NCBI GenBank assembly: GCA_963781615.1
Contig: CAWAGI010000007.1
Span: 87,652-151,651, forward strand
Source of the DNA: an uncultured Actinomycetes bacterium
Lineage (GTDB): Bacteria > Actinomycetota > Acidimicrobiia > IMCC26256 > JACDBD01
Direction: 5' to 3'
Length of the DNA: 64,000 bases
Positions within the stretch are counted from its first letter, which is position 1. Every line of letters begins with the position of its first letter. Shown here piece by piece: positions 29,135 to 37,691 of the stretch. The notes beneath the pieces were generated by a model, which did not search any database, was not told the origin of the DNA, and saw nothing but the letters and a program-made list of their open reading frames with translations. Both the position numbers and the translations under genes were made by a program.

Positions 29135-30115
29135 ATGAGATCGATTCCCATCCTAGGCCCGAGTGTGATAAGACTCATTCTCATCATGCGCAGACGGTTG
29201 CCTCCCATCCTCGTCGCCGTTGCCATCGTGGCCATCGTCACGACCGCGTGGCGCGCCGAACCGGCGAGTGCGTCCCGCAGCAAGGTGAGCGTCGCGGCCG
29301 CGTTCTATCCCGTGGCGTTCGCTGCGCAGACGGTGGGCGGGACTCGTGTCGGTGTCACGAACCTCACCCCGGTGGGGGCGGAGCCGCATGACCTCGAGCT
29401 GAACTCGGACCAGCTCGACGAGCTGCTGGAAGCGAAGGTCGCCTTCGTGCTCGGCAGCGATTTCCAGCCCGCGGTCGAGAAGGCGGCCAAACGGCGCGAC
29501 GGACCGACGGTCGAGCTGCTGCCCAAGCTCGTCGACGCCAAGGGGAAGCGGGTCGCCAAGGAGGGGGAGACCGGCGGCCTCGACCCGCACGTGTGGCTGG
29601 ACCCGGTCCTCATGTCGCAGCTCGTCGGCGAGGTCGAGCGTGGCCTCGCGAAGGCTGATCCCAAGGGCGCGGCCGCGTACGAGCAGAACGCACGAGCGCT
29701 TCAAGACCAGCTTGCAGCTCTCGACGCCCGCTATCGCGAGCGGCTCACCGGCTGCGAGCGCAATCTTCTCGTCACGTCGCACGAGGCATTCGCGTACCTC
29801 GCCGCCCGCTACGGGCTCCGACAAGAAGCCGTGGCCGGCCTGTCGCCCGACACCGAGCCCGACCCGGCCCGACTCGGCCAGCTCGCGGACCTTGCCCGCG
29901 ACCAGGGCGTCACGACGGTGTTCACGGAGGAGACGGTCTCGCCCCGCATCGCCGAGACGCTCGCCCGCGATGCGGGCGGACTCCGCACCGAGGTGCTGAG
30001 CCCGCTCGAGAGCCTGTCGAAGAAGGAGCGCGACGACCACGCGACGTACTTCACCCTGATGAACGCCAATCTCGACAAGCTCAGTACCGCCCTCGGGTGC
30101 CCGCCTCGCTCGTAG
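29135..30115 (+). CDS. znuA: metal ABC transporter substrate-binding protein
   Basis: In frame within ORF 29069..30115. ATG 29135 or, more plausibly, ATG 29186 (MRRRLPPILVAVAIVAIV signal). Motifs: GAEPHDLEL, LDPHVWLDP, SHEAFAYL. Confidence 0.85.
   Translation: MRSIPILGPSVIRLILIMRRRLPPILVAVAIVAIVTTAWRAEPASASRSKVSVAAAFYPVAFAAQTVGGTRVGVTNLTPVGAEPHDLELNSDQLDELLEAKVAFVLGSDFQPAVEKAAKRRDGPTVELLPKLVDAKGKRVAKEGETGGLDPHVWLDPVLMSQLVGEVERGLAKADPKGAAAYEQNARALQDQLAALDARYRERLTGCERNLLVTSHEAFAYLAARYGLRQEAVAGLSPDTEPDPARLGQLADLARDQGVTTVFTEETVSPRIAETLARDAGGLRTEVLSPLESLSKKERDDHATYFTLMNANLDKLSTALGCPPRS
29166..29186. promoter_or_regulatory. candidate Zur/Fur-family operator
   Basis: TGATAAGACTCATTCTCATCA is a 21-nt imperfect palindrome (8 of 10 arm pairs complementary). 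It is the most AT-rich stretch in the znuC/znuA divergent region and overlaps the alternative znuA start. Confidence 0.5.
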
Positions 30116-30125
30116 CATCGAACCC

Positions 30126-31055
30126 GTGGCGCCATCGCACGGGCACGGACACGGGCACGATCACGCCACGCCGGCGGGTCGCGCCGGGGCGCGCTACGCC
30201 GGGCGCCTCCGCGCCGCGTTCGTCCTCGCCGTCGCGTTCCTCGTCGTCGAGGCGGTCACCGCGTTCGTCGCCGGATCCTTGGCGCTGCTGTCGGACGCCG
30301 CCCACCTGCTCACGGACGCGGTCGGCATCGGCATGGCGCTGGCCGCGATCCGCCTCGCCGATCGCGCCGGTGGCGACCGATCGCGCACGTTCGGGCTGTA
30401 CCGGCTCGAGATCCTCGCCGCCCTCGCGAACGCGATCTTCCTCTTCGTCGTCACCGGGTACGTCCTCGTCGAAGCGGTCCTGCGCCTCGGCTCGGAGCCG
30501 TCCGTGGACGCAGGCCCGATGCTCGTGGTGGCGGTGCTCGGCCTGATCGTGAACGTCGTCTCGGTCGTCCTTCTCCGCAGCGGCGCCGGGCAGAGCCTGA
30601 ATGTCGAGGGTGCGTACCTCGACGTGCTCGCCGACTCGGTGGCGTCGCTCGGCGTCATCGTCGCCGGCGTCGTCATCGCGGTGACGGATTGGGAGCCGAT
30701 CGACGCGATCGTCGCCGTCGCGATCGGCCTGTGGATCGTGCCCCGGGCCTGGCGTCTCGCTTCTAGTGCGCTGCGCATCCTCATCCAGGCCGCGCCGGCC
30801 GGATTCGACGTCGGCCGCCTCCACACCGATCTGGCGGCGGTACCGGGGGTCGTCGACGTGCACGATCTGCACGTCTGGACGCTGACCTCCGAGATGGACG
30901 TCGCCAGTGCGCACCTGATGGTCACGGCCGGGACCGATGCGCACGGCGTGCTCGACCGGGCGCGCGACGTGCTGCGGGAGGGGTACGACATCGCGCACGC
31001 GACGCTCCAGGTCGAGCCGGACGACCACACGGGCTGTGCCGAGGTGACGTGGTGA
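30126..31055 (+). CDS. cation diffusion facilitator family divalent-metal exporter
   Basis: His-rich N-terminus HGHGHGHDH. CDF signatures LLSDAAHLLTD, TFGLYRLEIL and DVLADSVASLGV. Confidence 0.85.
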   Translation: MAPSHGHGHGHDHATPAGRAGARYAGRLRAAFVLAVAFLVVEAVTAFVAGSLALLSDAAHLLTDAVGIGMALAAIRLADRAGGDRSRTFGLYRLEILAALANAIFLFVVTGYVLVEAVLRLGSEPSVDAGPMLVVAVLGLIVNVVSVVLLRSGAGQSLNVEGAYLDVLADSVASLGVIVAGVVIAVTDWEPIDAIVAVAIGLWIVPRAWRLASSALRILIQAAPAGFDVGRLHTDLAAVPGVVDVHDLHVWTLTSEMDVASAHLMVTAGTDAHGVLDRARDVLREGYDIAHATLQVEPDDHTGCAEVTW

Positions 31056-31095
31056 CGCGCGGGAACCGGCGCGGGATTGTGATCGACTACGGGTT

Positions 31096-31602
31096 GTGCG
31101 CTCTCCCGACACGCTGACCGCGCCCCGCCGTATCCCGGCCAAGTGGTGGCCGTGGTGCTCGACCGCCGCCCGCCTCGTGCTGGCCGGCGTCTGGGCATGG
31201 GCCGGCGTCGCAAAGCTCGGCGATCCCGACGCGGCCGTGCGCGCCGTCCGCGCCTACGACATCCTGCCCGAGGCGTTCGTGAAGCCGTTCGCCTGGGGGT
31301 TGCCGTTCGTCGAGCTGGCACTGGCGGTGCTGCTGCTCCTCGGCTTGGCCACGCGGCCGGCGGCCTGGGCGTCGGTCGTGGTTCTTCTCGTGTTCATCGG
31401 CGCCACTGCCTCGGTGTGGGCGCGCGGCCTCCAGATCGACTGCGGCTGCTTCGGCGGCGGCGGCCAAGCCGCGGCCGATTCCGCCAGCTACCTGCGGGAC
31501 ATGGGGCGCGACGGCCTGCTCCTGTGCCTGGCCCTCCTCGTCGCGGCCGGTGCACCGAGCCGTTTCGCGCTCGACGACGTCGCCCGACCGGAAGGCCGCT
31601 GA
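31096..31602 (+). CDS. MauE/DoxX-family membrane protein
   Basis: Four hydrophobic helices and IDCGCFGGGG, typical of MauE-like redox-associated membrane proteins. Followed directly by a DsbA-like gene. Confidence 0.7.
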   Translation: MRSPDTLTAPRRIPAKWWPWCSTAARLVLAGVWAWAGVAKLGDPDAAVRAVRAYDILPEAFVKPFAWGLPFVELALAVLLLLGLATRPAAWASVVVLLVFIGATASVWARGLQIDCGCFGGGGQAAADSASYLRDMGRDGLLLCLALLVAAGAPSRFALDDVARPEGR

Positions 31603-31603
31603 C

Positions 31604-32327
31604 GTGCCACCGCAACGTTCACGTTCCCGCGCCGTCGCCGCCGCTCGGAAGGGTAGGACCCGCGCGTGGATGTGGTGGGTGCTCGGCGGGGTCGTCATCG
31701 CCGCCGTCGTGATCGGCGTCGTGGTCCAACAGAGTCGCTCGTCGACCGAGCACGCCAAGGCCGTCAAGCCGGCGAGCGCGGTCGGTCCCAACGGGGGTGT
31801 ACTGGTTGGCGACGCGAACGCGCCGGTGACGATCACGGAGTACGGCGACTTCCAGTGCCCGGCTTGCGCCGAGCTCCACCAGCTGTGGGAGCCGACGCTC
31901 GAACAGCTCATCCAGCAGGGAAACGTGAAGTTCGAGTTCGTCGGCCTCGAGTATCTCGACCGCGGGACGACGGAGTCGCTGCGATCGGCCGCCGCCGCGA
32001 CGTGCGCGGCCGACGCCGACAAGTTCCTCGACTACTACAACGCCCTCTACAACGGCCAGTCGCGCGAGCGAGAACTCAGGGTTCCTGACGAACGAGCAGC
32101 TCAAGAGCTTCGGCAGATCCGTCGGGCTCACTGATCCCGCCTTTACACGCTGCGTCGACGCGGGCAAGTACACCGGATGGGTGACGAAGAACACCGACGG
32201 CGCTTCGCAACGTGGTGTCACGTCCACGCCGACCGTGCTCGTGAACGACAAGGTGATCAGCAACTCGGTCGCGGCCGATCCGGAGCGCCTGACCGATGCC
32301 GTGAACCAGGCTGCCGGTCAGGGCTAG
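31604..32327 (+). pseudogene. DsbA-family thiol:disulfide oxidoreductase, frame broken near 32065 as sequenced
   Basis: GTG 31604 inside ORF 31550..32134: membrane anchor, then TEYGDFQCPACAE (CPAC active site). After YNALYNGQ the next frame gives ENSGFLTNEQLKSFGRSVGLTDPAFTRCVDAGKYTGWVTKNTDGASQRGVTSTPTVLVND..., with stop TAG at 32325-32327. Confidence 0.75.
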
Positions 32328-32331
32328 CGCG

Positions 32332-32796
32332 TCACGCGCAGCGCGCGCACAGCCCGACCAGGTCCACCCGGTGACGCTGCGTGTGGAATCCGGTCGAGCG
32401 GGCGATCTGGCTGGCTGCGGTCCGCACGGACTGCTCGAGCCCGGCGGACGCCGGCACGTCCTCGACCGTCCCGCAGTTGGCGCAGATGAGATGGTGGTGA
32501 TGCTCGGTGAGGTCCTCGGCCAGCTCGAAGCGGGCGAACTCGCCGTCGGTGACGATGCGGTGCACGAGCCCGGCCTGCTCGAGCACGAGGAGGTTCCGGT
32601 AGACGGAGCTCTGTGCCAGGCCCCGGCCCCCGGGCGAGTCGAGGAGCTCGGGGATGGTCATCGGGCGGGACGCGGTGGACAGCGCGCCGACGATCGCCTT
32701 GCGGTTGGCCGTCACCCGCTGGTTGACACCGCGAAGGCGCGTGGAAACCGTGTCGTGCAGATCGTCTGACAGTGCCGCGCGTTTGCCACCTGCCAT
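32332..32796 (-). CDS. zur: Fur-family metalloregulator, probably zinc uptake regulator
   Basis: ATG 32794-32796 inside ORF 32332..32913. Winged helix VYRNLLVLEQAGLV, HHHHLICANCG and C-terminal CARC metal sites. It lies next to the znu/CDF locus. Confidence 0.75.
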   Translation of the reverse strand: MAGGKRAALSDDLHDTVSTRLRGVNQRVTANRKAIVGALSTASRPMTIPELLDSPGGRGLAQSSVYRNLLVLEQAGLVHRIVTDGEFARFELAEDLTEHHHHLICANCGTVEDVPASAGLEQSVRTAASQIARSTGFHTQRHRVDLVGLCARCA

Positions 32797-32817
32797 GAGC
32801 GCAGTGTACGGAGGAAT

Positions 32818-33597
32818 GTGGACGCGACCGAGCGCTTCGCGGACCTCGTGCGCCGGCCGCCGGACGAGGTCCCGTTGGACGAGACCGCGCTGCTCATCGC
32901 CAAGCACGCGCACCCCGACCTCGATCTCGCCGGCCCGCTCGCCGAGCTCGACCGGCTGGCCGACGCCGTGCCCGACGCAACCGCCGAAGACATCGGCGGC
33001 ACCCTGTTCGGCGAAGGCGGGCTCGCCGGCAACACCGTCGACTACGCCGACCCGCGCAACTCGTATCTCGACGACGTGCTCGCGCGACGGCTCGGCATCC
33101 CGATCTCACTGTCGGTCGTGATGATCGAGGTCGGTCGACGCCGCGGCGTACCGATCTACGGCGTCGGCATGCCCGGCCATTTCCTCGTGCAGCCGGTCGG
33201 CGAGCCGGACGTCTGGTACGACCCGTTCCACCGCGGGCGGCGCCTCGACGAAACGGGCTGCCGCGAGCTGTACGAGGAGATGCAGCTCGACGTGCCGTTC
33301 ACGCTCGAGCTACTGCGCGCCGTCGACACGCGCCGCATCCTCAGCCGGATGCTGGCGAACCTCCAACAGACGTTCATGCGACGCGACCCGGCGTCGCTCG
33401 CTTGGGCAGCGCGGCTGCGACTCTGCATCCCGGAGCTCCTGCCCGGTGAGCGGCGTCAGCTGGCAGGTCTGCTCGGCGGCGTAGGGAGGTTCCTCGAGGC
33501 GGCGGCCGAGCTCGAGGCAGTGGCGTCGGACCTCGAGGGTGACGATGCCGAGCAGGTGGCACGCGATGCAACCGCCCTCCGGTCACGCGCCAATTGA
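32818..33597 (+). CDS. SirB1/UPF0162-like transglutaminase-fold plus TPR-like protein
   Basis: PISLSVVMIEVGRRRGVPIYGVGMPGHFLV and a helical C-terminal half resemble the SirB1 family. Confidence 0.55.
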   Translation: MDATERFADLVRRPPDEVPLDETALLIAKHAHPDLDLAGPLAELDRLADAVPDATAEDIGGTLFGEGGLAGNTVDYADPRNSYLDDVLARRLGIPISLSVVMIEVGRRRGVPIYGVGMPGHFLVQPVGEPDVWYDPFHRGRRLDETGCRELYEEMQLDVPFTLELLRAVDTRRILSRMLANLQQTFMRRDPASLAWAARLRLCIPELLPGERRQLAGLLGGVGRFLEAAAELEAVASDLEGDDAEQVARDATALRSRAN

Positions 33598-33625
33598 CGC
33601 GCGGCTGGGAAGTACGGTGCCGTGC

Positions 33626-34252
33626 ATGCGGGCCGGCCGGACGCTTCCCATGTTCCCGCTCGGCAGCGTGCTGTTCCCGCATGCGCAGCTGCCGCTCCAC
33701 GTGTTCGAGCCGCGCTACCGCGCGCTCGCGGAATCGTGCCTGGCGGGCGACGGCGAGTTCGGCGTCGTGCTCATCGAGCGGGGCAGCGAAGTCGGCGGTG
33801 GCGACACTCGCTTCTCGGTCGGGACCGTTGCTCGAATCGTCGCCGCCGGGCGGCTCCCCGACGGCCGGTACCTCCTCGCTACGGAGGGCACCCGCCGTCT
33901 GCGCGTCCGCGAATGGCTCCCCGACGATCCGTACCCGCGGGCGGAGATCGAGCTGCTCGGCGAGCCGGGGGCGCCGAGCGACGCCGGCGCCGCGCGCGAC
34001 GACGTCGAGCGCCTGTTGAAGCGCGTGCTGGCCATGGCGGCGGAGCTGGGCGACGCCCCGCAGTCCATCGACGTCGTGCTCGACGACGACCCTGCCCACG
34101 CTGCCTTCGAGGCGGCGGCGGCGGCGCCGATCGGTCCGCTCGACGCGCAGCGCCTGCTCGAGCTCGACGACCCCCGAGAACGCCTCGCCCAGCTGCATGC
34201 GCTGCTCACCGACTGCGAATCGGTGTTCGAGCTGCGCCTGTCGGGGGCGTGA
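33626..34252 (+). CDS. LON substrate-binding (N-terminal) domain protein
   Basis: ATG 33626 inside ORF 33539..34252. LPMFPLGSVLFPHAQLPLHVFEPRYR is the canonical LON N-domain start. Confidence 0.8.
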   Translation: MRAGRTLPMFPLGSVLFPHAQLPLHVFEPRYRALAESCLAGDGEFGVVLIERGSEVGGGDTRFSVGTVARIVAAGRLPDGRYLLATEGTRRLRVREWLPDDPYPRAEIELLGEPGAPSDAGAARDDVERLLKRVLAMAAELGDAPQSIDVVLDDDPAHAAFEAAAAAPIGPLDAQRLLELDDPRERLAQLHALLTDCESVFELRLSGA

Positions 34253-34355
34253 CAGTCCCGGGTGGCGCCCGGCCGGTTTAGCCTCGCGGTGGCGGCGGCT
34301 TTGCCGACCGCCATCGCAGAGCCCGAGCCTGCGAGGGCGCCAAAGGAGGTTGTGC

Positions 34356-34766
34356 ATGAGCGCAGATCCCGATGACGCGCGTAGGCGCGTGATGGACGAG
34401 AAGGCCCGCGTCGAAGGCCTCATCCACAATCTCAAGGACGAGCTCGGCGACGGGACCGAGAACGACGAGCTCTCGGAGCTCTCTGACTACGACCAGCATC
34501 CCGCCGACACGGCGAGCGAGACGTTCGAGCGCGAGAAGGACGTCTCGATCCTGGAGCGGCTCGAGGAGGAGCTCGCCGAGTTGCAGGCCGCGCTCGAGCG
34601 CATCGACGACGGCACCTACGGGATCGACGAGGTGACGGGCGAGCCCATCGCGCCGGAACGTCTCGAGGCGCGGCCGACCGCGCGTACCAATGTCGAGACC
34701 GAAGCCCCACGGGAAGCTGACGGTAGGCTCCGGCCCACCGGTGCCGGGGACCCAGAGGAGTATTGA
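34356..34766 (+). CDS. DksA/TraR-family protein lacking the Cys4 zinc finger
   Basis: ATG 34356 after AAAGGAGG. Coiled-coil region with DxxDxA-like acidic tip (DYDQHPADTASE), then RIDDGTYGIDEVTGEPI where the CxxC...CxxC cysteines normally sit. Confidence 0.7.
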   Translation: MSADPDDARRRVMDEKARVEGLIHNLKDELGDGTENDELSELSDYDQHPADTASETFEREKDVSILERLEEELAELQAALERIDDGTYGIDEVTGEPIAPERLEARPTARTNVETEAPREADGRLRPTGAGDPEEY

Positions 34767-35617
34767 TGCAGTTCGCGATCGACGAAGTCGGGCAGTGGTC
34801 CGACGAGCAGGAGTTCAAGGTCGACGCCGAGCGGATCAAGCAGTACGCCGCCGCCACCAACGACCCGATCCCGGCGCACGCCGACGGAGAGCTCGCACCG
34901 CCCGTGTTCTCGGTGGTCCCGGTGTGGGACGTGATGGGCGGCGCCGTGGGCGCGGTGACGCCGGCCGAGGCGTTCCCGTTCGTCGTCCACGGCGAGCAGG
35001 ACATGTACTTCCACCAGCCGATCGTCCCCGGCGCGGTGCTGCGGTCGCGGGCGGCGCCGATCGGCATCCACGTGAAGCAGTCGGGCACCACGGTCGTCAG
35101 CCGGATGGAGACGCACGACGAGAGCGGCGCACTGGTGAACGAGCAGTACTCGGTGACGTTCTTCCGCGGCGTCACCGGCGGCGAGGGAAAGGGCGACGCT
35201 GCGCCCGAGCACCGCTTCCCCGAGGAGCTTCGTAGCGCCGAGCCCGTCGCGGTCGCGGAGCAGACCTTCGACGCCGACCAGACCTACCGCTACTCGAAGG
35301 CATCCGGTGACACGGTGCCGATCCACCTCGACGAGGAGTTCGCCAAGTCGGTCGGACTGCCCGGCATCATCATCCACGGCCTCTGCACGATGGCGTTCAC
35401 GAGCTGGGCGGCGATCGGCGAGCTCGCCGCCGGCGAGCCGAAGCTGCTCAAGCGGCTGGCGGTGCGCTTCTCGAAGCCGGTGCTGCCCGGCGAGACGATG
35501 ACCACCCGGTTCTGGACCGTCGGCGAGCGGGACGGCACGACCGCGTACGCGTTCGAGAGCACCAACCCGGCCGGTGACGCCGTCATCAAGGACGGCGTGG
35601 CGGAGATAGCGATCTGA
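34766..35617 (+). CDS. MaoC-family double hot-dog dehydratase
   Basis: ATG 34766 overlaps the preceding stop. N-terminal and C-terminal hot-dog halves, with ASGDTVPIHLDEEFAKSVGLPGIIIHGL as a MaoC motif. Confidence 0.8.
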   Translation: MQFAIDEVGQWSDEQEFKVDAERIKQYAAATNDPIPAHADGELAPPVFSVVPVWDVMGGAVGAVTPAEAFPFVVHGEQDMYFHQPIVPGAVLRSRAAPIGIHVKQSGTTVVSRMETHDESGALVNEQYSVTFFRGVTGGEGKGDAAPEHRFPEELRSAEPVAVAEQTFDADQTYRYSKASGDTVPIHLDEEFAKSVGLPGIIIHGLCTMAFTSWAAIGELAAGEPKLLKRLAVRFSKPVLPGETMTTRFWTVGERDGTTAYAFESTNPAGDAVIKDGVAEIAI

Positions 35618-35859
35618 GCGTCCGGCTGCGGCTGTTCGCACAGGCGCGCGAGGCGGCAGGGCGCGCCGACGACACCTTCGAGGCCGCCACACTCGGCGAG
35701 CTGCTGGCGGCGGCGGGTTCCGTCTACGGCGCGCCATTCCGCGCCGTGCTGGCGTCGGCGAGGGTGTGGGTGAACGGCGAAGAGCCCGAGCACGACGACG
35801 ACACGCCCCTTCGTGACGGCGACGAGGTCGCGGTCATCCCCCCGGTGAGTGGTGGCTGA
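35614..35859 (+). CDS. MoaD/ThiS-family sulfur-carrier protein (non-canonical start, absent from ORF track)
   Basis: The frame from 35614 translates to [81 protein letters not shown]-stop. This is a textbook MoaD pattern ending in GG. The only N-terminal candidate start is CTG 35614, which overlaps the MaoC stop (CTGA). Confidence 0.75.
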   Translation: MSVRLRLFAQAREAAGRADDTFEAATLGELLAAAGSVYGAPFRAVLASARVWVNGEEPEHDDDTPLRDGDEVAVIPPVSGG

Positions 35860-35896
35860 CCGCCGGGTCCGCCCGGCCGATCACGCGTCGTAGCGG

Positions 35897-36509
35897 CTAC
35901 AGCAACTTCAGGTGCCGGGCGTTGTCGAACCGGGTGGCGACGTCGGGCCAGTTGACGATGTTCCAGAACGCGTCGACCCAGTCGGCCTTCACGTTCTTGT
36001 ACTGCAGGTAGTACGCGTGCTCCCACATGTCGAGCACGAGCAGCGGGGGCGCCCCCTGCCCGACGTTGCTCTGGTGGTCGTACACCTGCTCGACGATGAG
36101 CCGCTGCGCGACGGGCTCCCACGTCGAGCGCGCCCCAACCCGACCCCTGGACGTTGAGCGACGCCTCGCTGAGCTGGTTGCGGAATCCCTCGAAGGTGCC
36201 GAACGACTCCTCGATCGCGGCCGCGAGGTCGCCGTCGGGCTTGTCGCCGCCGTCGGGGCTCATGTTGTTCCAGAACAGCGAGTGCAGGACGTGTCCCGAC
36301 AGGTTGAAGGCCAGGTTCTTCTGGAGCTGGTTGATCGTGCCGAACTCTTCGCTCTCGCGCGCAGCGGCGAGCTTCTCGAGCGCAGTGTTGGCGCCCTTCA
36401 CGTACGTCGCATGGTGCTTGTCGTGGTGCAGCTCGAGGATCTGGGCGGAGTAGTGCGGCTCGAGGGCCGCGTAGTCGTAGGGCAGGTCGGGCAGCGTGTA
36501 CTCGGGCAT
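35897..36509 (-). pseudogene. sodA: Fe/Mn superoxide dismutase, frame broken near 36123 as sequenced
   Basis: ATG 36507-36509 after GGAGGA: [34 protein letters not shown]. The C-terminal part lies in another frame: [43 protein letters not shown] (ORF 35897..36085 and its upstream extension). Confidence 0.85.
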
Positions 36510-36665
36510 CGGTCCTCCCTCGGGGGTCTGGGCGCGAAACGGGGGTCGCGCCATTGTCTCGCTCGCACCTTCAAACGTCCTTCCCTCCGCTGGGATTCCG
36601 GAAACGTCCTGGTCAGGCGGCTCGCCATTGCCCGCGCCGTGCTGGCCTGACTAGCGTGCGGCTCC

Positions 36666-37679
36666 GTGCGAGTGGGCCGAAAGTGGGTGGTTTGTCGCGT
36701 TCTCTTGACGGTCGCCGCCCTGAGTGTGGCCGCGCCTCTCGCGACATCCACCGCCGGTGCGCAGCCTGCCCCCGATCCCGACGCCGAGATGAACGCGCTG
36801 AAGCAGCGCGCCGACGAGGCCCGGCGAGAGGCCAACGACGCTGCCGAGCGTTACACGAACGCCCAGTCCTCGTTCGAAGACCTCGGCAACAAGATCGCCG
36901 AGCTCGACCAGAAGATCGCCGCGGGAGAGGCGCGCCGCGCGGAGCTGCGCGCCATCGCCGAACGACGGGCGATCATCGCGTACAAGCACCAGGCCAGTGA
37001 TCGTGACGTCGTCCTGGACGCCGCGAACCCGACAGAGGGCGCCCGCTCGTCGGTGCTCCTCGACCGGGCGAACGAGGCCGACAACGCGGCCGTTGCCGAG
37101 ATGGCGGCGCTCAACGCGCAGCTCGCGGCACAGCGCGCTCGGCACGCCGAGGATTCCAAGGACTACAACGCGTACCGTCAACGCCTCGCCGACGAACACA
37201 AGCTCCTCGACGCGAAGGTGGCGGAGGCGGATCTCGCGTTCCGCTCGCTCCAGGCGAAGCGTGTTGCCGCGGGCCTCGGTGCACAGGTCGTCGACGGTCT
37301 GGTTTGCCCTGTGCCCGGTGCCGCGTTCAGCAGCGACTTCGGATCGCCGCGTACCGGCCACACCCACCAGGGCAACGACATGTTCGCGCCGATGGGGACG
37401 CCCAACCTCGCGGTCGTCGGCGGCAACATCACGTATGGCCCCGGCGGCTCGGGCGGCAACGGCGCGTACCTCGAGGGCGACAACGGCGTGACCTACGTCT
37501 ACTACCACCTGTCGGAGTACGTCGGCGGTCCGCGGCGCGTGGCGCAGGGCGAGGTGGTCGCCAGGCTCGGCATGACCGGCAACGCCGGCGCACCGCACAC
37601 GCACTTCGAGATCCGCCCCGGCGGCCGCACAGCCCCCGCGACGAACCCGTACCCGACGCTTGTAAAGATCTGTCAGTAG
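36666..37679 (+). CDS. M23-family peptidoglycan metalloendopeptidase with N-terminal coiled coil (paralogue of 26601..27470)
   Basis: Signal peptide, coiled coil, HQGNDM and PHTHFEI LytM motifs. Same architecture and C-terminal NPYP motif as 26601..27470. Confidence 0.8.
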   Translation: MRVGRKWVVCRVLLTVAALSVAAPLATSTAGAQPAPDPDAEMNALKQRADEARREANDAAERYTNAQSSFEDLGNKIAELDQKIAAGEARRAELRAIAERRAIIAYKHQASDRDVVLDAANPTEGARSSVLLDRANEADNAAVAEMAALNAQLAAQRARHAEDSKDYNAYRQRLADEHKLLDAKVAEADLAFRSLQAKRVAAGLGAQVVDGLVCPVPGAAFSSDFGSPRTGHTHQGNDMFAPMGTPNLAVVGGNITYGPGGSGGNGAYLEGDNGVTYVYYHLSEYVGGPRRVAQGEVVARLGMTGNAGAPHTHFEIRPGGRTAPATNPYPTLVKICQ

Positions 37680-37691
37680 CGCGCTGGTACG

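Noticed and set aside
29135-29185. ATG 29135 as the definite znuA start, abutting the divergent znuC start by zero nucleotides.
   Set aside because: The first 17 residues (MRSIPILGPSVIRLILI) lack a basic n-region and would leave no intergenic promoter space. ATG 29186 gives a classic signal peptide (MRRRLPPILVAVAIV...). The feature is reported with both options rather than asserting 29135.
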